Below, piece after piece: positions 10,957-22,188 of a stretch of 54,986 nt of DNA. Made by a program: the position numbers and the translations under genes. The DNA lies in assembly GCF_001194135.2 (NCBI RefSeq), contig NC_068984.1:29595723-29650708 (forward strand), written 5' to 3'. The notes under the pieces were generated by a model that saw only the letters and a program-made list of their open reading frames with translations, was not told where the DNA came from and ran no database searches. Position 1 is the stretch's first letter. Every line of letters starts with the position of its first letter. This stretch comes from Octopus bimaculoides. Taxonomy: Eukaryota.

Positions 10957-11660
10957 TTAGGTCGTCAAATTTGAAATTTGTAGAAAGCAAAAAAAGGTTG
11001 CTACTGTTTTATAAATACAAGGAATAGATTTATTCATCAAAGTATGTGCCCATATTGGCAATATACTTTTGTCATTTCAGCGGTAGCTTGTCCAGCCCGG
11101 AACTGTAAAAGCCTAGCAATCAAGAGTCAATAAAATCTTCGAAGTCCTGTTTTACAGCAACGCCTGAATTAATTTTTTTTCCTATCAGAAAGTTATCCAA
11201 AATCTGGAAGAAGTGGCAGTCAGTGGGGGAAAGATCAGGTGAGTATGGTGGATGATGGAGAACTTCTAACTCCAACTCCTGTAGTTTCGCCAATGTCATT
11301 TTTGTGATGTGTGGTATGGCGTTATCTTGAAATAAAATAGGAGTGGATCTGTTGATTAATCTAGGCCGTTGTTTTTGTAAGTTTCAGTATCATTTAGCCC
11401 AGTTGGCTGCAGTATACTTCGGCCATAATTGATGAGCCGAGTTTAATGAAATCGTAATGGATCACACCTGCGTAAGACCACCAAACACACGACATCGGCT
11501 TCTTTTGATGAATTTTGCTTTTTGGACTGTGTTTTGGTGGCTCGTCTTTTCTCATCCATTGTGCAGAACGTTTACAGTTGTATTGGATCCATTTCTCCTC
11601 ACATGTTACGATTTGGTTCAAAAATGATTCATTTTTGTGACGAGAAAGTAGCATAATGCA
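10957..11660 (-). mobile_element. Mariner (DD34D) transposon, 3' half: catalytic domain plus one TIR, pseudogenised
   Basis: Minus translation FLNQIVTCEEKWIQY...VWW...(frameshift)...ILFQDNAIPH...LHHPPYSPDLSPTDCHFF. First catalytic Asp appears as Glu (TCEEKW for TCDEKW). TIR-like end TA|TTAGGTCGTCAAATTTGAAATTTG from 10957. Confidence 0.9.
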
Positions 11661-11773
11661 GTCCTATGATATACACTTGGTAGCTTACCGGTAAAGAATG
11701 TTCACTTTCACAGTGTCTGTTGGGTATTTGGTTTATGAGAGACGGGAGATGAAAGATGCGAGAATGTTTACTG

Positions 11774-11859
11774 ATCACTACATATGTTTCGACCCATCTA
11801 GTATCGATTCCTCGAGGTTTAGGAGCATCCAGCAGCGTAGATGTGTCTCTTCAGGTAAT
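11774..11859 (-). ncRNA. Type I hammerhead ribozyme with fully canonical core (Penelope/retrozyme type)
   Basis: Minus strand: AUUAC-CUGAAGA-GAC.A.CAUCUA-[37 nt]-UAGAUG.G.GUC-GAAA-C-AUAU-G-UA|GUGAU. Stem I 5 bp (one G-U); stem II 3+6 bp around an A.G mismatch; stem III palindromic ACAUAUGU; GUA cleavage triplet. Confidence 0.75.
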
Positions 11860-12169
11860 TACAAGATTATCTTGTCAAAATAACGTCTGTTCGGCAAGTT
11901 TTCTTCTCTGTACGTATATACAAAAGCACGAAATTTAGGGATTGTATTTCTTTGTTATAGAAGATCAATAAAAATCAAATTTAAAAAGAAACAATTATAC
12001 AATAGAGCGAAAAACTATTAAATGTAACCGTTAATATATATAGATGTATAGGTTACATGGCGCACGTACACTTGCTCGTACAAGCATACACGAAGATATA
12101 AGCATATGCACACCTGTGGTTTGGTAGACATACGCACATATGCGTATTTTGTAGAAATATTAGCAAAGG

Positions 12170-12590
12170 GTGTCATTCAGGGCCACCTTAATAGTGGCGA
12201 TTCTAAAACTCATCTCTCTAACCAAAGACTGTATTTCCTAGAACAGATCTCCCATCACATTGTCCTGCAGTTGTTGGATGAACACCACCAACACCGCTAT
12301 GAGGACGCAGTAGTATCGCACACCGTATCCCTTTCTGCTGGTTACAGCTTCGTAGTCTCCGTAGCAACTCTTGATGCAAAGTTTTTCATCCTTTTACTTT
12401 GTTCACTGCGCATTGAGCAGCAATCATGATGTTGGCATTTTGATACCCGGTTCGAATAATCATGATACATGTAAATCTTTTCCAATACGCCATGTCAGCT
12501 AACTTTTTTCTCAACTGCAACTTTAATCTTTTTGCTCTCCAGCGCCGTAGATTGTCCACCAAGGCATCAAGCCATTCCCGAAAAGAGGAG
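12170..12590 (-). mobile_element. Decayed N-terminal (HTH) part of a Tc1/mariner-superfamily transposase, possibly maT/DD37D-like
   Basis: Minus translation with a frameshift: WKRFTCIMIIRTGYQNANIMIAAQCAVNKVK...GDYEAVTSRK...IQSLVREMSFRIATIKVALNDTL. The last segment fits an HTH pattern (LARELNVSxxTIxxxLxEDL). Family from recall only. Confidence 0.5.
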
Positions 12591-12953
12591 ACATTAAACT
12601 TATCAATTATATGTATGTTTGTATGTATGCATGTATGTATTATGTATGTATGTATGTATGTATGTATGTATGTATATACTTGCATTAATGTGTACGTATG
12701 CATGTATTTCGTGTGTCGTGGGGCAGAAAGGGGAAGAAAAGTACTCAAAGTATGAAAAGTGAGTGACTACAACTTATGAGCTACTTCAACACACTTCCCC
12801 AACTTCACTGATCACGTACGTTATGCTAGATGCTTGAGCAAGGATAATATACATACGAGACTAGTTAAGCGACTGAGCGAATCAACAGATTTGTTTCATT
12901 TTGTATATATGTATTCTCTGCTTATCTGTCTGTATGTATGCATGTATGTGCAA

Positions 12954-12987
<34 letters not shown>

Positions 12988-13957
12988 TTATATGCATATA
13001 CATGTACACACACATTTTTGTGTACACATACATATACGTGTGTGTCAGGGTGTTTGTGTGTGTAAAACAAGGTCAATGAAATAAGCTTGTTTAACTCCCA
13101 GATCGAAGCCAGTACTATTGAAGTCTCTCAATGACGTGTATCGTAATACCTGTGTAGTGGATGTGTGTGGAGCAAATTCACCTTCCTGTCTACTAAATTC
13201 GTTAAACTGCAACTGTCTAATGCGTTCATTGTAGCATAAAATCCTTGAAATCAGTTTAGGCGGATAAAAAGGACGTAATTTGCCTTTAAACACTTAATCC
13301 TTCAAAGTTCTATATATCGGAGGTACTTTCACTTAATCAAGGAGTAACAAATATTGAATTGATTAGAGGCAAGCCTTTGCAGAGGATGCTAGCTGCTAAG
13401 AAACCAAGTCTAAAATCCGGATGCAGCTATTTCGCTTCCTCTGCGCTGCTAATATCATACCGGAAATTACATTTCCTTTCTACAAATCTCAATAGCTGTA
13501 ACTATGTAATTTCTGTTAATCAGCTTTACCGACTCTTCCTTTGTTTTCTTAATGCAATATAATGCTTTAGTTAGGCATGCAGGATTTGAAAAATAGTTAC
13601 GCGCAGTAAAGACACATGCTATATATTGTTTCATCGGTGATAAATCTATGTTATATACACACACATACAATACATACACACAGACACACTATATGAGTGT
13701 GTGTATTTGTGTCTGTGCGTGTTTAAGACATCAGGTATACATTGGATCTTGTTTATTGAACATAAATGAATGTGAAGTCTGATAGTTATAATGAAATTAC
13801 GGACTCTTCAAAGTGTATTTCCAATTGAAGGAAATGAATAATGATTTAAATGATATAGATATGACACACGTGGACATACATACGAACATAGCCATATACA
13901 TAGGCATCTCACGTTCGCACTCTGTTTGGCTGTCTCTCGGTATATATGTGCACATAA

Positions 13958-14180
<223 letters not shown>

Positions 14181-15195
14181 TATCTTTATAAAGACACAGA
14201 GAGAAAGGGGAGTCAGAAAACGGGGATGCAGTTTGCAATGCATTTATATCTCGCTTAGTCAACGGAGCCCATGATTCTTTCCAGCGTCGTCGAGATTAAT
14301 GGGAACAAGAGATTTATTTATCCTCAAACCGGCGGTTTAATTAGGTCATAATGAAACGAAAATGTAACAGGAAATGGTAATTAATGTTTTGTAATAAGCA
14401 ACATGAAACAACACCAAAATACTATTGTTATAATGTGTTAATCTTTCTTACTGCTATTAATCACGTAAGCAAAGGAAATTAATCCAACCGAGAAATGATT
14501 ACGCCTCAGCGAAAGCATTATGGTACTGGACTAAAACATACATTTAATGTAAAATAACGATATATGATTGATTGTATTAACGCCAAGGTTTTTGCTCTGT
14601 TGAATTCCTGATGCTGTAAAATAAAATGTAACAACAACGTTTTCCAGGTAACCTAAAAGTCAATTGAAAATAAGGTTTTGTATTACGATACTGGACGTTA
14701 CGGGAAGTTGGTCAGGTGCGCAACATTTCCTTATGCATGTAGTTATTTCGTTGAGAATTGCTTTAAAAGACAAAACAGGTTGTAAATGCGTTAAGCTACA
14801 TCAGAACACTGAACCAACGTTAAGGTATACCAGAACACTGAACCACTAACCCAAATAATGTAATGCAACCTATAATATCTATTTCATCTCCACAGAAAAC
14901 TGGAGTAACTAATATTGGATGATGACATGCATATCAGTCCATGGGATATAATTTTCATTGCTTATCTGCATTATATGGAATTTCAATTAATTCATTAATT
15001 CAGCTTTAAATTATTCATTGTAGAGCAACATTGATATTATTCGGTCATAAGGCAAATATGTAAAAGCTGTTTTCAATTAAATATATCTTTAAATTATTTT
15101 ATATAAACGAACGTAACGTCGAAGAAAAACTAGAATTACCATTTTGATTAATTTTGCTTAACGACGCACAAACTTGCACGACGAATATGTATGTA

Positions 15196-15227
<32 letters not shown>

Positions 15228-15259
15228 CGTACGTACGTACATATGTATGTATGTATGTA

Positions 15260-15352
15260 TGCTATATTGTCCCTGAGCGTTATCATTGGGGAAAGATTCC
15301 ATCTTGAATATTTATTCCATATTCCGTAAAATCAACTATGAGGAGACAAATA

Positions 15353-15393
<41 letters not shown>

Positions 15394-16870
15394 ATCAGAC
15401 CGTCTCGTATCTATAAGTTTGTCCGTCAGAATATTAAGATCCCTAAGGCGGCGAGGAGGCAGAAATGTTAGCACGCCAGGCGAAATGCTTAGCGGTATTT
15501 TGTCTGTCTTTACGTTCTTAGTTCAAATTCCGTCGAGGTCGGCTTTGCCTTTCATCGTTTCGGGGCCGATAAATTAAGTACCATTTGCGTACTGGGGTCG
15601 ATCTAATTGACTGGACCCTGCCCCCCAAAATGTCGGGCCTTGTGCCTAGAGTAGATAATAATATTAAGGTCCCACAACATCTTATATTTCTTATTTTCTA
15701 GCACTTTACTTAGGTCCTTGTTCATAACACTTATCAGTATGATCAAGTCCTTGCTTTCTACTTCACTTCCATTGGATTATTCTCTTTAGGTTGTAACTTT
15801 CCTTGTATTCTTTCTGTGCCAGCAGGCTACATTCACTTACTATATGATTAACACTTTCCTCTTTTGATTTACAATACCTACATTGGGAATGAGCTTTGTT
15901 TTTGTCTATCTTGGCTTTTATCCAATTAGAACTCAATACTTGATCTTGTACTGGTACTAACACACTTTCTGTTTCCCCTTTCAGCCTTCCTGTCTGGAGC
16001 CATAATCATGTATCACGATCACTATTTCCTGCAACTGCATTTGGGAATCTACCATGCAAAGCTTTCCCTTGTAAGTAAGATAATCTTTCTTCTTTTTTTC
16101 TGGTTTTTAACTTCACGAGACGAGATGGTCTATTGTTTCATCAAATATATGGCAGAATCTGAATTTAAGTCAGAAACGTTTTGAAGAACGTTAGCCTGGT
16201 AGTTTTTGGTAAGCAAGCTTGTATCTTGTACCGCCAATATGGAACCTTCAGTTTCTGCTTTCAGTTCTGAGCTTCTCACCTGCTGATGGGATGTTGTTTG
16301 GTCTACATCAGCATCTCGGTTTCGAAGTATATTCTGTCCATGCAGCGGTTTCTGACTCCGCCTCTTCTCAATTTGTTTCTGCTAGTTCTTTTTTTGCAGT
16401 CTGTTCGATCTGTTTTGCTTGTTTGGTGGCAATGGTCTCAGGTTTTTCATCTAATTCGGGGTTAATGCCAAGTTCCCTTGCGAATTTGCAAGCTTTCTTG
16501 ACAACAGAATGCGTTTTTTTTGTTGTTTCCATGTTTGCACACAAACCACAGCATCCAGTCAGATGATCTTTCTTCCTTTTCCTGGTTTTTAACTTCATTT
16601 GGCTTTTTTGGTTTCCCTATGTCCTACTGTGACTCTAGCAGCTCTTAATAAACTGTCTTCACTATTACTTACATGAAAGACTATATCTAATCTAGTTAAC
16701 CCCACACAGTTTTCTACTGATGTTAGCCCTCCTCCACCTTCCTTTCTAGATAAGTATTATCTCGTTACTTTTTCTCTTCATATTGAATTTCTTCCTAGTT
16801 CTTCTGTCCAGATTTACTAATTCAGATTTTGTCCAATCTACAAAAAACTGCTAAGTATCTAAATAACGAT
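15260..16870 (-). mobile_element. Decayed R4/Dong-clade non-LTR retrotransposon (post-RT region, CCHC knuckle, REL endonuclease), interrupted by a SINE
   Basis: Minus translation: VDWTKSELVNLDRRTRKK; YLSRKGGGEG (consensus YLxRKEGGRGL); QDQVLSSNW...CRYCKSKEESVNHIVSECSLLAQKEYK (CCHC); KVLENKKYKMLWDL | SINE | DLNILTDKLIDTRRSD(V)14ICLLIVD (decayed PD..D REL motif). Confidence 0.85.
15444..15659 (+). mobile_element. tRNA-derived SINE, tail type A, full length, nested in the R4-like element
   Basis: Head GGCGGCGAGGAGGCAGAAATG, B box GTTCAAATTCC, central domain. 14-bp TSD AATATTAAG(A/G)TCCC at 15430-15443 and 15660-15673. Confidence 0.9.
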
Positions 16871-16873
16871 ACT

Positions 16874-16977
16874 CTTCTTCTTGTTCTTCTTCTTCTTGTT
16901 CTTCTTCTTCTTCTTCTTGTTCTTGTTCTTGTTCTTCTTCTTCTTCTTCTTCTTCTTCTTCTTCTTCTTCTTCTTCT
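16874..16977. repeat. (TTC)n microsatellite with TTG interruptions
   Basis: Read directly from sequence. Confidence 0.95.
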
Positions 16978-17190
16978 GCTAAGTTAATCTGTTATTTAGA
17001 TGTGGAAGATTAATCTGATATATTCCCCCATGCCAAAGCTCGCTCGAGAAGATTTTGTTAGGGCACCCAAAGATTGGTTGAACTAATTGAACTAGTTTGT
17101 TTACCAACTTTTATTCATATACCTCTGATAGATACAACTGCTTGCGAGAAGATATATTTCCCCAAGATGAACGGTATTAGCATTGAACTC

Positions 17191-17421
17191 GGCGGCGAGC
17201 TGGCAGAAACGTCAGCACGTCGGGCGAAATGCTTAGCGGTATTTCGTCTGCCACTGCGTTCTGAGTTCAAATTCCGCCGAGGTCGACTTTGCCTTTCATC
17301 CTTTCGGGGTCGATAAATTAAGTACCAGTTACGCACTGGGGTCGATATAATCGACTTAATCCGTTTGTCTGTCCTTGTTTGTCCCCTCTGTGTGTAGCCC
17401 CTTGTGGGCAGTAAAGAAATA
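17191..17421 (+). mobile_element. Young full-length tRNA-derived SINE, tail type B
   Basis: A box TGGCAGAAACG, B box GAGTTCAAATTCC, central domain GCCTTTCATCCTTTCGGGGTCGATAAATTAAGTACCAG (17291-17328; resembles the MetaSINE/Sauria-type domain from recall). Perfect 18-bp TSD GGTATTAGCATTGAACTC at 17173-17190 and 17422-17439. Confidence 0.92.
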
Positions 17422-20400
17422 GGTATTAGCATTGAACTCTAAACTGCATGCTCATACTTGCACTCCAAGATACAAACTTATATTACCAAGTTACATTACC
17501 AAGTATATACCACATTACAAAATTTATCCGCTTAAAGCAGAAAAATTTATTCAAACAAAAATTTATTCAAAGACTGGACAAAATATAGCTATGAAAGATC
17601 TAACTATTTCATCTCCCTCATATACGCACATATAAAACATTAAACATATTCACAGGAAATATATATCTTCAAATTAATTTAAATTAATTTTAAAGTCATG
17701 AGAGATATAACAAAAAAAACAAAAAAAATACAATATAGTTGCTGAAAGCTCCAATACATTCCTTGTCATGCAAACGCACTAAAATAATAAACAATATGTC
17801 ATTGTGATTTGTAAACGAGAAGCTTTTGAATGAAACCGAATAAAATAAAAAAAAGAAAACTACAGAAATTCAATACTTATCGTTGGAGGTGTAGAAACCA
17901 GTTTCCCATGTCGGAAATGATAAAAGACCATACAAAAAGAACAATACATTTTAGTTAGATACATTGCCACAATAAAATATTAGCAGAAAACACGAATGTC
18001 ATTTTTGGAATTGCTGAAGATGGTTAAGAAAATACATATTACTACGAAACCATTTTCCTATTAGAAAAACATAATATTATTACTGTGATGTACGACGCAT
18101 CTGTTGACTGTGCAGGAATTGAAAACGTAGGTGTTTCTGTTAATTATTCTGATAAATTTATATTAACAGAACCAAATCTGCATTTACATATTCAAGTATG
18201 AAATTTTAAGCGGGCACCAGTATAACTTAAAATGATCTACTTAGCTTAGACAAACAAATAAATATACCTGAAATCTGAGAGTAAGATGCTTCATGAATAC
18301 GTACTTTAGCATGCACATCTTGGTATCAATGCCGATACATAGCGGAAATATAGATTAAAATATTTTAACACACCATTTCAGAGACACAAACACAAGCACG
18401 TGCATCTAAATTATTAATATACGTAAACGTAGTTGTACATATTTGGAATGTAACGGTTTGAAAATAATAGTGAAACTCCACAGTACACATATGCTCAATC
18501 ATTAGAAGCAACTAATTGGTTATGCGTGTAGTTTAAACATGTGAATATTAATGTCAAAGATTTCGTATTTCATGATCAATTGATTAAAAAGAAAAAAAGA
18601 GATTTAAAATTTCAGCTGAATCAAGTTTTCAAAGAAATAAAATGGAAGAATATAAATGCTACCATGTCATAGAAATTAATATGTATTCGTGTGTTGGCAA
18701 TAACATTAAGATCAACAACAAGAAAAACTCGATTAAAAAAAAGTTATTGATAATCATGTTGTTTTTATGACGTAGGACACGTATTTTTGGAAAACCGTTT
18801 CCGCCAATAATATTGCTGCTGCAGTATGTTTATAAAGCATGTTCAAATATACAAAATGTTCCAGCAGTTCTTACACATCTAATACTATGTATACCGTATA
18901 CACGTGTCATGTACACGGAAACGTACATATACGTATACTTGATTTATTTACGTCACTCATGATGAATATGATAATAATGATGATACTTGATATCTCATAT
19001 GATGACAACAGCATTAATCATGTTAAAGGGCCTGCAAAGAGAGCATGAGTATAATAACTTTAACTTTTTGAATAAACATCTGGCATGTTTAATATGCGGT
19101 GACTTTAATAAAATAATAAGAGAATAATAATAAAAAGAGAAAAGAATTTAAGTGGATTGAATAAAACAAGAGAGGCAAACAGAAAAAAAGAAGTTCATAT
19201 AGGAGTTAAAGACAAGGAAAATAACATAAGCAAAGAATGATAAGAAGAGGAAGAAAAGAGGAAACAAGAAGAAAAAGCGAAGAGAAGAAAAGGGTAAGTA
19301 TTAGACACATTCTTTCCTTCATAAAAATTGCGTGAGATAGAACAGGGATTGTGGTGAATGGAGGATATATCTGTTTGTGATCCATACATCATGTGAAGAC
19401 TTTTACAAGCTCATTCTATCAAGTATATTTGATGAAGGGCTTAACTAAACTAACTATATTGAGATTGTTATAGTCAACTATAAAATCTAAACATTTTCGA
19501 TTTTATGTAATTAAATTCTGTGAAAACATCTTGTTAGGTTTTGTGCGATTTTCAATTTTGCTTCATTAACAAACACGAAGAAAGATTGAATGAAAAATAA
19601 CGTATAGAAAGAAAAGTGGAACGAGTAAATAACTTCAGTCAATGGCCCATTAAATGAGTACACAAGAGTGTTTTGCTCGATCCGGATAAATGCACTTCAT
19701 ACATTTGTACATGATTAACGAGTCAATCTTTTCACCGATTTATGCTGTGGGATCTTATTCATTCAAGGCAAATCGAGGTAATCTATGATAAAGAAAATTC
19801 AGTTTATATATATAATTCCATTATCTGATGTATTCTTCCATTTTCCATAACTGTAGGCTATGATTTAAGAGAGGTGTTTGACTGCTATTTGTAGCAGATC
19901 TGCTGACCACGGGAAGGTTCCAACGTTGGTTGATAAAATTTGAAGTTCATTGAGTTGGCGCTTAAACTCAAGCAAATGAAAGACAAATCTCGTTCTCGAG
20001 TAGATGCCAGTCAACAATAATAGTCCATTCAGAAGAGTTGAACTCAGAAATGCAAGCCAAAATAACACTGAGGGAGCCGCTACGTAGGTACTTTCTTTTG
20101 TTAGGAGTAGTAGGCATGTTTTCCTCAAATCAAATGATATTGTCTTCGGAGACATTTAATAATTGAAGAATGGATTTATCGATATGCACTAGGTGTAATT
20201 AGTCATAAATATAACACCTTTCATCATAGATCAGCTCGATCGAGGCTGACTTGAGCCTCAAACAGCACTTAGCAGTAACACGATGCTCCCAAGCACAACG
20301 AGTAAATTAAGTGATTAGTGGGTTAATTTGAATAAATCATGTTTATTTGTCGTTACTTGTAATAGCGTTATATAAAGTTATAAATAGTAATTTTCCTTGA

Positions 20401-20496
20401 TTATTTTAAATATAAGTATACAATTTATCTGTATATGAGCATGAGAACTGATACACTGGGAAGCTTGCATACGAGGCAAGGAAATGTATGTATATC

Positions 20497-21139
20497 TACG
20501 AGGGGAAGTCAAAAGTTATCCGCACTTTCGCCATAACATATCTTCGTTCTTATCACACAGCCTTCTGCGTATGCGTGCTTATAATTAGTAATATTACGGT
20601 CACGTGATCGGAGTTTGAGCTTAGTCGCGCCATTTTTCTATATGGCTCTACAGTGTAAGCATTGCCGCTCCACCTGCAATGTGCACCAAAGAGCAGTGAT
20701 CCGATTTCTTTTGTTGGAAGGTTTGTTAGGCTTTTAACTCAATACATAGGACAGTGCATTACAGCGTAGAAGTGTGTATGAGTGGAACGAAAAGTTTTTA
20801 AGTGGCCGGAGAAACATAACGCATGCAGAAGCAGAAGGACGCCCATTAACCGCCGCCACCGACAAGAAGATTCAGCAAGCTTGAGAGATGGTAATAATGA
20901 ATCGGTTCACCATTACCATCTCTCGGATCACAGCTCTCTGTTCTTCTTTGCTCCACATTGCTAGTGGAGCGGCCATGCTTACACTGTAAAGCCAGAAAGA
21001 AAAATGAAGCGATGAGGCTCAAACTACGATCACTTAACAACAATAGTACCAACCCTAAGCACGCATGCACAAAAGGCAGTGTGGCGATAGTAAAGATATG
21101 TTATGGTGAAAGTGCGAATGACTTTTCACTTCCTCTATA
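20497..21139 (+). mobile_element. Non-autonomous fold-back derivative of a mariner element (long inverted arms, 5' transposase fragment)
   Basis: TA|CGAGGGGAAGTCAAAAGT...ACTTTTCACTTCCTC|TA ends. The left 230 bp or so is mirrored imperfectly by the right arm. The interior encodes decayed AVIRFL...SALQRRSVYEW...KFxSGRRNITHAEAEGRPLTA...IQQAxEMV, like a mariner N-terminus. Confidence 0.85.
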
Positions 21140-21149
21140 TAGTATTTTG

Positions 21150-21470
21150 GATTAATGGGTATATGTCAATTAGTGTGTTGAAGTGTTGAGTAGAGCACTG
21201 GCACCGTTTGGGCTACCTGGTGTCATCCGCATTCGGGTATATTTCCGTTGAATCTACTTCAGGAAGTCCATAGTGTTAATTGAGATAATAATTTCTTGAG
21301 TAACAAGATGGATTTGACATTAATCTTTATTTTGTACAACAGTTGTTTCGACCTATCCTGATACTGTCCCTTATGGCTGGGACGCCGTTCAAAATGTGTT
21401 GCATCCATTTTGCAGTCTGCTTCTCATTAGATATATCCATATATAAAGTTGTGTCTCACTAAAGATCTTG
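21150..21470 (-). mobile_element. Probable Penelope-like fragment: hammerhead relic plus short RT remnant
   Basis: Minus GUCGAAAC-AACUGUU-GUA (21335-21352) resembles the 11774 motif. Downstream INTMDFLK resembles the PLE RT DTxDFL motif. Highly decayed. Confidence 0.4.
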
Positions 21471-22188
21471 AGTTTAGGCTGTCATGTTATTATATGCCCG
21501 TTTGGTTAGGGAATGAAACACTACAATTTTCAATTATAATTATATTTCCATAATAAGAATTGCAAAAATTTGTAAATATAGACAAATAACTGTTGATTTT
21601 TAAAAAAAATTAGGGGAATTGAACGAATGGACAGGAATAGATAAAGTTACATTTGGTTTAAGACAATGGAATGGTACTAGAAAAAGTAAGGGAAAGATAT
21701 ATGTACAGGCTAAAATGTCTGGCGGGTGAAATGCTGTTTAGCTAATTAGTTTAAATCGGGATGCGTATACACACATTCGCAAACACACCCGATCGTACAT
21801 ACACTCACACGAGGGACGTTGGCCCACCCGCCCATATGGTCAATTTCATCCGTAGTTCGTATAATTTATGGTTGGATGGCAACCTCACCTGAAATCTGTC
21901 ATCACAGTCACCTCAACATTAGGGCAGCTCGCAGACAGTCTGACTCGCTCCATATCTATATCGTCGAGGTTGAATCACATATCTCTACACCTATATATAC
22001 ACATATACATGCATACATACATTCACATATACATATACACATATAGATACACATATCCATATGTATATATTTACACATACATATACATACACGTACACAC
22101 CTACATACATATGTATATTTATATATACACACGCACGCGCACACACACTCACACACATACAAACACACGTATACGCTTATACCCATAT

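Noticed and set aside
13045-13293. 82-aa non-repetitive minus ORF (MFKGKLRPFYPPK...)
   Set aside because: No recognisable domain and no convincing flanking splice sites. The length is within chance expectation.
14789-14845. CAGAACACTGAACCA direct repeat with a 14-nt spacer (CRISPR-like at a glance)
   Set aside because: Only two units, and the spacer resembles the sequence before unit 1, so it is a diverged 28-29-bp tandem duplication in eukaryotic DNA.
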